This document shows positions 22,916 through 35,097 of a stretch of DNA of 37,387 nt, piece by piece. A model generated the notes under the pieces. That model was given only the letters and a program-made list of their open reading frames with translations. It was not told the DNA's origin and made no database searches. Made by a program: the position numbers and the translations under genes. The DNA lies in NCBI RefSeq assembly GCF_001194135.2, contig NC_068981.1, positions 79,887,766 to 79,925,152 of the forward strand, read 5' to 3'. The stretch comes from Octopus bimaculoides (taxonomy: Eukaryota). Numbering within the stretch: position 1 is the stretch's first letter; every line of letters starts with the position of its first letter.

Positions 22916-23065
22916 TTTCCAATGCCTCCTGTAATGCACCCAATGGTAAGGAAAGCTTGCGAATCGGGAGTGCGAAATTGTATCAACGAAATTGCTAACT
23001 TTCAGAATTTTAGGAGGGCATCAAAGCTATCAAACTTCTCCAGAACAGAACAGTTTGAATATTTG
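22916..23065 (+). CDS. Exon of uncharacterised Cys-rich EGF-like protein (FPMPPVMHPMVRKACESGVRNCINEI...EQFEYL), phase 0-0
   Basis: CAG| acceptor (an alternative in-frame AAG| acceptor at 22901 adds KLYQQ), 150-nt open frame, and strong donor TTG|GTGAGT. Confidence 0.8.
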
Positions 23066-23424
23066 GTGAGTTTCATTTAACTTTATTCAGAACATTTCAT
23101 CTTAAATAGCAAAATAATTTGTAACCACAATCACTGAAGGAACTTCATATGCTAAATTAGCAATCAAACTATTCTTAAATCATATCATACTATTTTAAAA
23201 ATCAAAGAACATGCTAAATTATGTACTCGTAGATACATTTACCTGGATTTTTTTTTTAATGACATCGATCGAATAGTCCTATAATCACAGATCTGCTCGG
23301 TTAAGGGTTGCCTGACACCAATCCAACGCAACTACAGCGACAATAATAAACATTGCTGAAACTGACATAAGGCCAGAAATTTGTATTCTAAAGAGGGATA
23401 GTTTAAGGGTACTAAAATATACTC

Positions 23425-23518
<94 letters not shown>
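23425..23518. repeat. (TG)n microsatellite, followed by a CACCATCGCTTGAC SINE-like relic
   Basis: Direct reading. The relic assignment is from memory of family B SINE bodies. Confidence 0.9.
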
Positions 23519-23520
<2 letters not shown>

Positions 23521-23866
23521 GGGTATCCTCACCATCGCTTGACGAAGCGGTGCACAGCTTCCTCATAGGTTTTACAAGTTGAGGATACTTTGTGACTGGA
23601 AAGGATATCAATAAGAAGGTTAAACTAGCAAGGTATAGAAATGTAATCAACTGAGCACACCCACATACGCGCGCGCGCGCACACGCACACACACACACAC
23701 ACACAATGATTTTCAGGAGGACATTCTGAGGTGACAGTTTTTTTCTGGTGGATAGTTTGGTGTAGCAGTTTTTCAGGTGGACATTGTTGGGTGATGATTT
23801 TTCAGGTAATCTTAAACAATAATAAATTCCTATTGGAATAAGGAAGTATATTTCTTCTATTTGCAG

Positions 23867-24098
23867 ACTACTGCTTCATACTACATGTGCTGGTTTACTA
23901 TGCTACGAAAAGGGATTCTTCGAGAATTGGACAATTATAACCATTACAGTTTCAAGTGTTTACACTTCAACATTCTTCAAGATACAAAACATAATTTGGG
24001 ATTGATACTGAAAAAATCAGTGCAACCGCCCATTTTTGACATCCGATTGATAAAATACAGACGACCTTTTCTTTGCGCGGAACTGAGTTTTTGTCCCG
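23867..24098 (+). CDS. Exon of the same gene (TTASYYMCWFTM...PFLCAELSFCP), phase 0-1
   Basis: TTCTTCTATTTGCAG| acceptor, 232-nt open frame, and donor CCG|GTAAGT. Splices in frame to both neighbours. Confidence 0.88.
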
Positions 24099-24901
24099 GT
24101 AAGTTATTTACTGCGGAGGGGGAATAATTTGCTTACCTTGCTTAAACGAAAGTGTGACATTTAGTAAAGTGATTCTAATTGTGTGTAGAAGTGAAGTGAT
24201 TCTATTCTTCAATTTTGGTCGTACAGAAATAACAATCCACGCGGTGATTCATTTGTTCCCTCCAGATCATGGACACAACCCATGCCAGAGACATATTTCC
24301 AGCTGTAAACCACTCACTAAGGTTGTTAGTACAATTCAATCAGCAAACATGTAGCTTCCATTTGTTGTTCTGGTCATCAAATGCATATCCGAAATAAACA
24401 TAATAAATATTTTTAATGCTGTCTGTAATGTTTCTTTAGTGCTTTAATAAACTCAGTCCACCACATATAGCAGAAATTGTCAATAGTAATCTTTCGCGTA
24501 TAATACGTCATTCTCTGGTAGGCACAAAAGCCAAACAATTACAGCAGCTATGTAAAATGCAAATCCTTTTATTTGCAAACAAATTTCGAAAAGCAAACAT
24601 CCTTAAATTGATTCAGCCAATCAGGAGAGAGTATAATTAGATTGTTTTCTTTAGTTAAATTATAATTTGTCAAGTTGCTTTATTATTGAAACCTATATTA
24701 TTTTGTGTAGGTTTATCATAAATGGGTACGATTTTGAAACAAATTTTCAGAAAATGTATCAGTTTTAGTGAAAGTATTTTCCTGAATTTTCAATGATTAA
24801 GAGTTACTCCATTAGTATCTTGAATTTCTCTTTTTCTTTTCTTCTTTATTGGACAGGGACTCATAAACATTTTAATGCAACTATGGTGTGTTCTTTTTCA
24901 G

Positions 24902-25117
24902 ATCCTTGCTATGGAAGAAATACTCAAGGAAACCTTTTAAATATAGATAGTGATAGCAGCAACCCATGCTCTCTCTTCCCAGATTCAAGATGTCTTATAG
25001 ATCAAAGCAAGAACATAAATTTCGTACATCTGATGCACAATAATTTAAATTATAGTTGCAATTGCAACCAGATGAGTGAAGGTTTTACGTGGGATAAAGA
25101 ATTGAGATATTGTGTTG
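24902..25117 (+). CDS. Exon of the same gene carrying an EGF-like module (DPCYG...NPC...C...YSCNC...GFTWDKELRYCV), phase 1-1
   Basis: TTCTTTTTCAG| acceptor, 216 nt, and donor TTG|GTAAGT. The symmetric phase-1 exon and C-x-C...G(F/Y)...C ending are typical of EGF modules. Confidence 0.9.
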
Positions 25118-25132
25118 GTAAGTATAAACAGT

Positions 25133-25800
25133 TTCTAATATAAGCTCGAGGTTCGAACAATTTTGGGAGAGGGTGCTAGTCGATTACATCGACCCCAGTG
25201 CTTGACAGGCACTTATTTTATACACCCAGAAAGAATGAAAGGTAAAGTTGACCTCGGCGGAATTTGTACTCAGAACGTAAAAATAAAATATCGCCAAGCA
25301 TTTTGCTCGGTGTGCTAACGATTCTGCCAGCTCGCTACTTTAATATAAACAGTAATATTCCATTCTACTGCAGGCACAAGGTCTGAAATCTTGTGGTAGG
25401 GGGATAGTCGATTACATCGACCGCATTGCACGACAGGTACTTATTTTATTACCCCGAACAGATGAAAAAAAGTCAACCCCTTCAGAATTTGTAGTAATGA
25501 CAGATGAAATGCTGCTAAGCATTTTGCCCGACGTGCTACGATCTCCTGCCAGCTTGCTGCCTTAATATAAACAGTAACATTAAAGAAGGATAGGGTGGCG
25601 AACTAGCGGAATCGTATGAACACTGGGCAAACCACTCAGTGGCTTTTCGTCCATCTTTACTTTGTGTTCAAATTATGCCATGGTCGACCTTGTCTTTTAT
25701 CTCTTTGGGATTGATTTAAAAAGTACCTGTTGAACACTGAGATCGATCTAATCGACTTGACCCCCTCCCCGAAATTAATGTCCTTGTGCCAAAATTTGAA
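25133..25800. repeat. Cluster of three family A SINEs: two minus-strand (~25133-25340, ~25358-25563) and one plus-strand (~25590-25800)
   Basis: Family A body in each copy. Linker TTAATATAAACAGTAA at 25340 and 25562, with partial TATAAACAGT at 25123. Confidence 0.85.
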
Positions 25801-26388
25801 ATTTCTATCAAATCATATACTACCGTTGAAAAAAATATAGAGCACAATAGATAGTGTAATTATTAAAATACGAAAATGTCTATGTACGTCAGGAGAGTAT
25901 TACATTGTTATTACATGTTGTAAGCGTCGACACCAGTATATACACCTTCGTTCATACATTTAAAACAGAAATTAATGTGGGCATAATAACACTGGATGTG
26001 TAGTCAATAAAAGACAAATAAATATATACTTAAAAGAAAAAATACATATAAGATGAATTCTTGATTTATTGAAATTATCTTCTCTTCGAGAGAAAAGTAA
26101 ACAAATGCATCGAGGCAATTACGACCGACTTCAAATGAAAAGAGTAGATAATCTAAATATTCGTGACTTCTCCAAAATTGGGTTGCCGTTAAGGAAAAGA
26201 CAGGGCGATTGCCTGAAGACAAGAGAACTTCAGCGTATACGTGTTTCTGCGTCGAAAGGCATCATCAGGAATTATTTTGTATTAAATATACTTTACATTT
26301 AATATAACGTCTTTTCTTCCACATTCATGTCACTGGTCAGTCTGAGATATTTCTCAGATTTCGTTGTTTTCACACACGCACGCACGCG

Positions 26389-26432
<44 letters not shown>

Positions 26433-26575
26433 AAGGCTTTCGAGAGAAATTTTGTCAGGTTGAACAAGATTGCTTTCTTAACGGGCCTTTCTTTAACTCT
26501 CTGGGTCCCGTAACATTGTACCGGATAAACTGCTTCAAATGTGTGCGTATTAATATATATATATATATATATATA

Positions 26576-26670
26576 CCGTAAATCCTCGAGTATAATCCGC
26601 ATTTTTTCCGCAAAATTTAAAGGTCAAAATCCCTAGTGCGTACTATATACGAAGTTAAAAATGAAAAATA
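26576..26670 (+). mobile_element. pogo/Tigger-like terminal sequence inserted at a (TA)n tract; second TIR not found
   Basis: TA|CCGTAAATCCTCGAGTATAATCCGCA, with an internal partial inverted copy TGCGTACTATATACG. This is the style of pogo-group termini. Confidence 0.55.
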
Positions 26671-26689
26671 GAAAGTAAATAAGAAACTT

Positions 26690-27050
26690 TTACGGAAAAT
26701 AAAGAATTGTACAAGTTGAAGTGAAATTTGTCACTCAGTGAACCAAAGAACCAATACCGAAGGAACCAGAAAAAAACTGTCAACAACAGAAAAACAAAAC
26801 CCTTGCAAAAGAAATTTTTAGGGAAACTAACTAAGTGTACGGATCTAAATCAAATTTTTGAAGTTACTTCTATCAGTAAATTATGAACTAACTTCTATCA
26901 GTAATTCCGTCAACAACAAAAAAAGCACAAAAGCGTTGCAAAAGTAAATTAGAAATTTGTAGGCAAATTTAACGAAGTGTACGGGTTGAGGTGAAATTTA
27001 TGAAGTTACTTCTGTCAGTAAATTATGAAATTATTTTCATTAGTAATTGT
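26690..27050. repeat. Imperfect ~130-140-bp tandem repeat, about 2.5-3 units
   Basis: Recurrent GTCAACAACA...TTGCAAAAG...AAGTGTACGG...GAAGTTACTTCT(A/G)TCAGTAAATTATGAA blocks starting near 26778 and 26906. Confidence 0.75.
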
Positions 27051-27228
27051 GAACTTCTTTCTGTGAGTAATTCACTGTTGTTGTTTGTAAATAGCAATTG
27101 AAAACTTACTCTGAAAACAATAGCGATTGAACTTAAAGTGAATGAATGGCGTCTGAAAATTTAAAGCGAAAGCAATAGTGTTTGAAAAATGAAAGTGAAA
27201 ACAATAGATAATGAGTGAGATATAGAGA

Positions 27229-27230
27229 GA

Positions 27231-27287
<57 letters not shown>

Positions 27288-27325
27288 NNNNNNNNNNNNG
27301 GGGGGGGGAGAGAGAGAGAGAGAGA
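27229..27325. repeat. (AG)n microsatellite across a small gap
   Basis: Direct reading. Confidence 0.95.
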
Positions 27326-28019
27326 TTGTTAGACAGGCAAATAAGTCAGATGTAGATAGATATAGATAGATAAGATATAAATAGATAAGATATATTGTGT
27401 GTGAGTGCTATATGTCCCGTGTTTATAAGCCAGCAGTAGCTTCCGTTTACTGTACTAAAACTGAAATTAATATCGGGTCTAGAAATTATTGTGGGACACT
27501 TTAGTTGTTTCTTTTACTTTCGATTTAGTAACAGAAATCCTTCGAAGAAACACAAAAAAACGTAGTGCCAAAAAATTTAAACGTTTCTTTATTTACGATA
27601 CGAACACACATGCGCGCACGAAATATTTTTATAAAGAAGGTGAAGAATAAGATTTTCAAGAAACATATAAGCTGTGACGTTCATATATTTTCCCCAGGAG
27701 CCAAAGAAAAACAACAACAACAACAATGTGACTGAAATTAAGCAGGAGCAGTTAAAATGTAAATATTTAATGGCGCATTGTATATATACATGTTGTTGTT
27801 ACGTCACTGACACTACAAAACCGGAAGTAAATATTCTAAAACACTTTCAAAGACGTGAATCTAATATAAAAAGCAATATTTTTTTTATTTTTAATAAAAA
27901 AATCAAATGAAGAGCTAACGTGTGTCCAAGGTTAAATTATCCCTGCATCACAAGTATGGAAGCAATTGGTGAAGCCGTTTTCACGTGAAAAGCGAATACA
28001 CACACATCTCTATTTTATG

Positions 28020-28066
<47 letters not shown>

Positions 28067-28236
28067 ATATATATATGTGCATATGCACGTGTACGTATAT
28101 ATACATATATATAGATATAGATTTATTTCTCTCTATCGCATATATATATATATACAGAGGGAGGGAGTGATAGAGAGAAATAAATCTTTCTCCATCCCTC
28201 TCTATATATATATATGTACACACACACACATACACA

Positions 28237-29100
28237 CAGGGTAAATTGTCATCATTTTATATTTTTAATTTCGCGCTTTCGCATTGTTTGTTTTTGATTT
28301 TGTCGACTACACGGTATAGTAGGGTCCGTTGGGCACTGTCTGTGAAAATCAGCACCATGACGCAATTCACTCTGACAAAAATTTGGAAACGACATGTTGT
28401 ACTGCTTGGCATTCGCGCCGGAAGCTCCAATACGAACATTTCAGAGTGTTTGGGTGTCAATCTGAGGATAGTGCAATCCGAGGACATGTACCGAGAGTGA
28501 TAAAAATCAAACATCCAGTCAACATCATGTTGTTTGGAGTAGTCACTAATGATGATGACCTTATTCCTCCATTCATCTTCCCACTCGGCCTCAGACTCAA
28601 CACGGAGGCTTACATCAAGTGCCAGAGGAGGTAGTATTGCCTTGGATGAAGTGGATGGCTGCTGGAAGACCCTGTCTGGCAACAGGACTCTGCACCATGC
28701 TATACAAGTAGAACCCATCCATGGCTGTCAGACAATTTCTGCGACCACATCACCCCCTAACATCTAGCAACCTAACTCCCCAGACTGCAACCCCCTTGAT
28801 TATTATGTCTGGGGCACAGTTGAGCGAGAGACCAACGAAACTCCTTGTAACACCAAAGATGAACCGAAGGCAAAGATTATGGCAGCATTCACCAACTTAA
28901 GCAAAGAGAACGTCCAGAAGAGTTGCAGGAGATTCCGAAGTCGTCTGGAGGCCGTAGTTGAAGCCATTGGTGGTTTTATTGAATAAATTTACTCTTTAAT
29001 ATTTCAAGATATTTTTATGTAAATATATCTGTTAAAATGAGATGTCAGTGTTATTTTCATTTCTGCGTAATTTAGACGACAATTTATTCACCACACCCTG
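28237..29100 (+). mobile_element. Tc1/mariner DD37D (maT-type) transposon, internally deleted
   Basis: TIRs CAGGGT...AAATTGTC (28237) and GACAATTT...CACCCTG (29100). ATG at 28357 with an HTH start, then KHPVNIMLFGVV...QDSAP...PNSPDCNPLDYY...FIE*. There are 36 residues between the 2nd and 3rd Asp, consistent with DD37D after one codon loss. Confidence 0.9.
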
Positions 29101-29829
29101 CATATTGTTAAAATTTACAGAAGACAAAGACAAGTGAGGGAACAACAAGCAGGTGTATTAGTTTGACATTCGGGAAGAATGGGAAGACTTTGACATATCG
29201 AATTTCGACAGAAAACGTTGAGAGGGAAAAAATAGAGAGAGAACGAAAAAGAAAAAGAAACGGAGAGAGAAAAGAATGTGTGGGGATTAATGGTTCAACA
29301 TGATAGGCTGAGTGAAAGGGAGATAATAACGGTAGCCCAGCTGACCTAGTGTCCACAAGTGCGTGTGTGTATGTAAGAATGGTATGTGTGAGTGTGCATA
29401 TGTGAATGGGGCAAGCGCGAGTGAATGTATGAGTGGGCTAATTTTAAATTATGTGGGACTGTGGGTGCGTATGGGAGCATGTGTATGTATGTGTATAAGT
29501 AACCTAGTGCGCGTATTGTGTGGTTTGATGTGCGTTTCATGTTTTGTGCGTGCGTGTGTATGGACATGTGTACATGTGTCACAAACTGATTTTAATACAT
29601 ATCTTAGTTTTATAACAGACATTATACTACTTTGACTATATGATTTTTTTAATGTTGTATGTTCTGAGTCATGTACCATCAATTGTTTCATATGTGTATG
29701 AAATAGAGAGAGGGAGATAGAAAGAGAAAGAGAGAGAGGGGGGAGGTTAGAATTTGTGTATAATTGGAATCCATGTTCCTTCTGGATTTTCATCCAGTAC
29801 ATATGCAGGAACAAAACTGGATGCATGGT

Positions 29830-32100
29830 TAGGGTTGCTAGATGCCACTTATATATGGGACATGTCCCGTGTTTGACAATTTTGTCCCCTGTCCCGTACG
29901 GATCTTTCAGGGACACCCCAAATGTCCTGTATTTAGCTCATTTTCAAATCTCATAATAAAAATGTGTTTTTACTACCTTCTTATGGCTTAGTTGTAACTT
30001 TATAAGTAATTATGCTTTTTTTTTTACTATTCTCTTGCTGAAAATAACCTAAATGTAACGAGGAAACTAGTGTTGCTAGAAGTTTACACAAAACTGACGT
30101 GTTTGCAACTTGATACTGTCAACAAAGTGTTGTTACTACTTGCCACGACCCACTTTTTGCTAACTTAAAAACTAATCCACCCCAAGATATCAAAACGTAA
30201 GTATAAATTTCGTAATGAATATTCCAGCGAATGGACATTTATCAAACAAGGTAGAAGCTATTTTGAAGCAAACTGTGGTGTATGTAATTGCACTTTCAGT
30301 ATTGAACATGGCGGCAAGTCTGATATCAAGCAACGCTTAGAAACAGTAAAGCACAAAAGTAGTATTGCTTCTACTTTAAAAGAAGCTGGTAAAATAAACT
30401 TCTTGATCAAGAAAAACACAGAAGAAGAAAGTAAAATAATAGCCGCAGAAGTTGCAATGGCATTTCATATTTTCCGTCATCATCAGTCATTCAGTTCATA
30501 TGACTGCACGAACGTACTACTACCAACAGTGTTTCCTGATTCTAAAATTGCATGCAAATTTTCAAGTGCTAGGACTAAATGTGCTGCAATAATAAAAAAT
30601 GTTGTGGCTCCATGCACTATTACGGAAATTGTTAAAGATATAAATAACTCTTCTTTTTATGGCATATCTACAGATGCAAGTAATCACAATGCTGAGAAAA
30701 TTTTCCCATTGATTGTGCAATGTTTTTCATGTGAAAAGCCTTTGCTGATAAAGTTATTGCAATCTCTCCCAAATGAGACATCGGAAACAATAGCAAGCTT
30801 CTGCAGAGAGAGCCTCGTTGAGTTAGGACTGGACGGGAAGAAATGTATAGTTTTTGGTGGAGATAACACATACTAATTTTGGTGGACATTTCTGCACAGG
30901 TACAAATAAAGTCTATTCAAAATTCAAGGAAAGCATGAATGAATCGATGGAAGGTGTTAGATGTCCAGCTGATATTCTATACAATGTTGCTCACACCGCA
31001 GCCAATGTTCTTTTTGTTGATGTTGAAGTAATTGTTAAATTGTTTTCATACTGTTCGATCTAAGTTTGTTGGTGTGCAGTATGCCTCAATTCTCTCACAC
31101 TCTAAAACTCGTTGGCTTTCTTTGATGAGAGCAGCTGAGAGAATCCTAAGATTATTTAAAGCACTGAAATCTTTTTTTGATTCTGAAGAAACGGTCCCCC
31201 AAATTCTTGTAGAATTCTTCAGTGATCCGCTGAACGAAGCTTGCTTATATCTTGTTCATAGTTTTGAATGTTGTTAGTAACAGGATTATGAAGATAGAAT
31301 AAAGAGAAAACAGCATTATTGAAGTGCTTGGCTGTTTAAAAGAACTCGTTCCAGTTATAAAGGAAAGAATTAATGAAAAGTTTATTACTCTTAGTGTGAA
31401 GGATTGCCTAAATAATGATGATGTCAAATCTGAAGAGAAAAAGAAGTGGATAGCTACTTCGGCACTTGCCGCGACTATCTTGAGAAATGGGTTTCGTCTT
31501 TTTAAAATTTTACATGGATATCATTAGATACAGTTCCAGCATGGGAACATGTAGAATCATCTTGTCTAATGTTAAAGAACAAAGGTATAAAAACTGACGA
31601 CAACATACTTTTCTCAGAAGTCAACATTTAAAAACTCCTTGCTAAAGAAATGCCGATCAAACCCGATAAATGGAAAATCAAACTGTGCCATAGAAGATGG
31701 TTTTCTATCCTTCAGTAGATTGAATTTCAAGAACAATAATCCAAATTGTTAATTCTGTGCCAGTTCTTATTTGGCATACCAGCGCATAATGCTAATGTGT
31801 CTTCTCGATGATGAATGTTCAGTGGACAGAGGAACGAAATAAGTTGGATGTGGTTACTGTAGAAGCTTTCTTACAATGCACATGGAACCTTAACTGTCAA
31901 TGTAAAGAATTTTATAGGCATGTGTTAGAAAACAAAGATCTGTTAACAAAAGCCAAATCATCAGTGAAATATAACTAATGGTAAAGGTTCAAGTTTAATT
32001 CTCGTGCGGTCTGTTAAGAAAATTTTGCATATAAGTTTATAAGTTTTGTTTCTTTTCATGTTCTCCATATGAAACAATTTTTTAGCCTATTTTCTATACT
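29830..32100 (+). mobile_element. hAT-superfamily DNA transposon, degenerate transposase at ~30150-31978; right end not found
   Basis: Left TIR TAGGGTTGCTAGATG with subterminal GGGACA/TGTCCC repeats. BED-like CGVCNCTFSIEHGG...HK, FYGISTDASNH, GGDNT, SHSKTRWLSL and HNANV...SMMNVQW motifs. A small deletion near 31797 appears to remove the catalytic Glu. Confidence 0.85.
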
Positions 32101-32159
32101 GTTTATATTAAATAATAATTTTCTAAATTAAATCCTTTGCATTTTTCTATTGCCGCTAT

Positions 32160-35013
32160 TGAATGAGAAGAGTACAGGAACCGGATTAAGATATTGATAC
32201 TGAGGGCGTTTACCGCAACCATTATTAACAACAAATGGTGGTATGCCCTCAAACGAGCCATTAAATTTGAGTCTATTAGATATAGCACAGGTTTAGTGGT
32301 TAGAGAACGTAAGTGGTAAGAAGATTTAGTTAAGGCCCTAGAGGAAGCCATGAAGACTGACACTGCATCCCCGGTGAAGGTGAAGAGACTGGAATTAAAC
32401 CAGCACCTCGAAGCCAAGCACATGGGATGTATTGTCAGGGCTAGACATCGTGCAGTGGGCTGCGAGAGGATCAGGGCCACTGGATGGGCCCGAGTGGTAG
32501 AAGCCCAACGTAAAAATGATCCTACAGTTCGATCTTTGGTGAACCAACAAGGTGAGTTGATAAACGAACCCGAGGAAATTTGTCAGACTTTTCAAGAACA
32601 GTTCGCCAAACTTTTAGGGGAGAGTGATGGACCGGATAGTAGGTTGGACCTTACGGACTTCCTCGCCGGGCTGTCGCGCCTCTCGTGGTGGGATGCGGAG
32701 TGCTGTGAAGGGTCGATCACACCTGAGATGATATAAGCTATAGCGGACTGCGGCGTAGGTAAGGCGCCTGGTCTTGATGGTCTACCTTACGAATTGTATA
32801 AGAGTATGCTAGACTTGTTCGGGCACCTACTGGCTAATGTTTACACGAACTAGCAGCAGAATGGGATGATTCTCAGATCTGTGCGTTGATGGGTGGTGAC
32901 GCTGGTCAGAAAGGACCCGGACAAGGGGGATAGCGGAGATAATCTTAGGTTAATCACTCTGCTAAACACAGTTGAAGATTTTGGCCAAGGTATTAGCAAA
33001 AAGGTTGGCGCATGTCGCGGATGGACTAATCGGAGAGGCACAGATATGTGCCATTCACAGCAGAAGCATTCAGGACAATCTCCACCTTCTACGCTACACC
33101 ATAGAGGGGTTTGATAGTAAATCAGGCAAGGGTGGGGCACTGGTTTATTTAGACCAAGCTAAAGCATTCGATAGGGTTGACCATCATTACCTGATGTCTG
33201 TTCTTGCACGGTTCGGACTAGGTCTTGGCTTCCTTAGGTGGATTATTCAATTGTACGATAACATCGACTCGATCGTTCGGGTGAACGGTTTTCTTTCAAA
33301 GCCGTTCTACATCAAACTTTCGGTTCGCCAAGGATGTCCGCTCTCGCCACTTTTGTATGTGATGGCTCTTGAGTCGTTACTGCGAAAGTTGAGTGGCATC
33401 CCGAGAGAAACAGCTCGTGGAGGATCGGTTTTGGCATACGCAGATGACAACACCATCATCGTGACTGAGATGGAACACCTATAGAGGGTAGGTGAAACCA
33501 TTAAGGTCTACGAGACGGTGACAAGAGCAAAAATTAATCGGGAAAAATCGGTCGGCTTGCAGCTCGGCCCCTGGAGAGGCAAGTCGATCCCTTCGGACAG
33601 CGTCGTGGGACATTGGACGGAGAGCCCCTTTAAGTTGCTAGAAGTCTGGTTTGGCCCAGATCTGTAGGTAGAAAAGAACTGGGCTGAAGTATCAAGCGAG
33701 GTGACCAACATAGTCAGGACCTGGTCCTGGAGGTGGCTATCCTTCAAAGGGAGGGCAGAGGTAACCAATGTTTTTATCGTATCGGTCTTACCTACCGCCT
33801 AACCGTCGTTCCTTGCCTGGATTTGTGGTTGAGCAAGTTGGAGAGACAGATCTTCTGCTTCCTGTGGAAGGGCTCGACTCCACTTGTGAGGCATTCTATC
33901 TGCTGTCAAAAACCGTTAAAGGGTGGACTAGGATGTTTTGGCTGTTGATGCGCAAACATGCGCTGAGGTTGAGGCATCTCTGGCTCATTCTGGATGGTGA
34001 ACCGGTGTGGTCTCTGCTGGCAAAACGGATGCCTTCCAAGTTCACTAGTTTTGGTGGACGGGAAAACTAGTTCCATCGCAGATTGCAGTTGGGTACATGG
34101 TATACGGAGTGTCGTAAGGCTCTCATGCTTTTCCGTCGCTCGGGCAATACCAGAGGTTTTGGTACAACCGCATCTTTTTATAGAAGGTTGGTAGAGTCTG
34201 GATGTGACGATACCCTAGGGGAGACCTTGGGTCTCGATACTAATCAGCTAGACAGCCTGTTCGAATGGACATTCGGACCGAAGACATTGGATAACTTCCA
34301 AAAGTCTCTGGCCTGGCAATGTTACTGAGGAGCCTTACCCGTTCGGGATAAGCTTACTAGACACGGCCATCCTGGCCCATCGGCCTGTCCAAGATGCGAG
34401 CAGGAAAGGGAAACCTTCCTGCACGCTATTGTTCAGTGTCCGGAGGTGTCAGAAGTGTGGTCTTATGCAGAACACCTGTTGTCTGATATAAGAAGAGTAC
34501 AGCTGTCTTCTGAGTCAATTATAAAAGTTGACCCACCTATTTTTCTAATGAAAGGAGGTAAGAATTGTTTTCTCGTGGCAGTAGCAATCGCGAGAGAGGT
34601 GATATGTAAGTCGAGAATGAAAGGATTGGCGACAGGCAACTTCATCTCTGGCCCCGGGTTGGTGAGGTTTTTCACTTTTCTCCTGAAAAGGAAAGTGGGA
34701 CTAGAGAGGAGATGCCTGTTGGAGAAAATGTTCAAGGACAAATGGATGCGTGTGGCACGAGTGTTGAGTGTGGAAGAAACCACGTGAATATGCCATGGGC
34801 CTTATTACGAGTATCGGTGGTGGAATAGGGCTCGTGGGGTCGGAGCAAAAACACTTTTCACCACCTCATTTGTTTTGTCATTTTGTTTGTCCATCATTCG
34901 ATTTTATAATTTTGTAAATTTTTAAAAGCATCTCAGTGTTTTATCATTAGTCTCGCCTGACCCAAAAAATGAGGTTGTGTTGTCCCCTCTGGATCCTTGT
35001 GGGCAATAAAAAA
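32160..35013 (+). mobile_element. Tx1/L1-group LINE, 5'-truncated ORF2 (RT plus C-terminal Cys/His region) with 3' UTR and A tail
   Basis: GKAPGLDGLPYELY, LDQAKAFDRVDH, SVRQGCPLSPLLY, LAYADD, KINREKS and CPRC...ETFLH...C motifs, with ORF end at 34787. 3' end TTGTCCCCTCTGGATCCTTGTGGGCAATAAAAAA. The 5' boundary is approximate. Confidence 0.92.
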
Positions 35014-35097
35014 TGAAAGTCTTTTTCACTGCAACATTCATAACCGGTCGGTAACAGTTGCATTTTATATCTCTTTCTCTTACCCTAATTTGTAATC

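Noticed and set aside
23285-23704. ORFs with poly-HT/CV/YI dipeptides here and at other microsatellites
   Set aside because: These are translations of (CA)n, (TG)n or (TA)n repeats.
28761-28774. CATCTAGCAACCTA, a near-perfect reverse complement of the hAT left TIR
   Set aside because: It lies upstream of the hAT, on the wrong side, and within the maT coding sequence, so it is coincidental.
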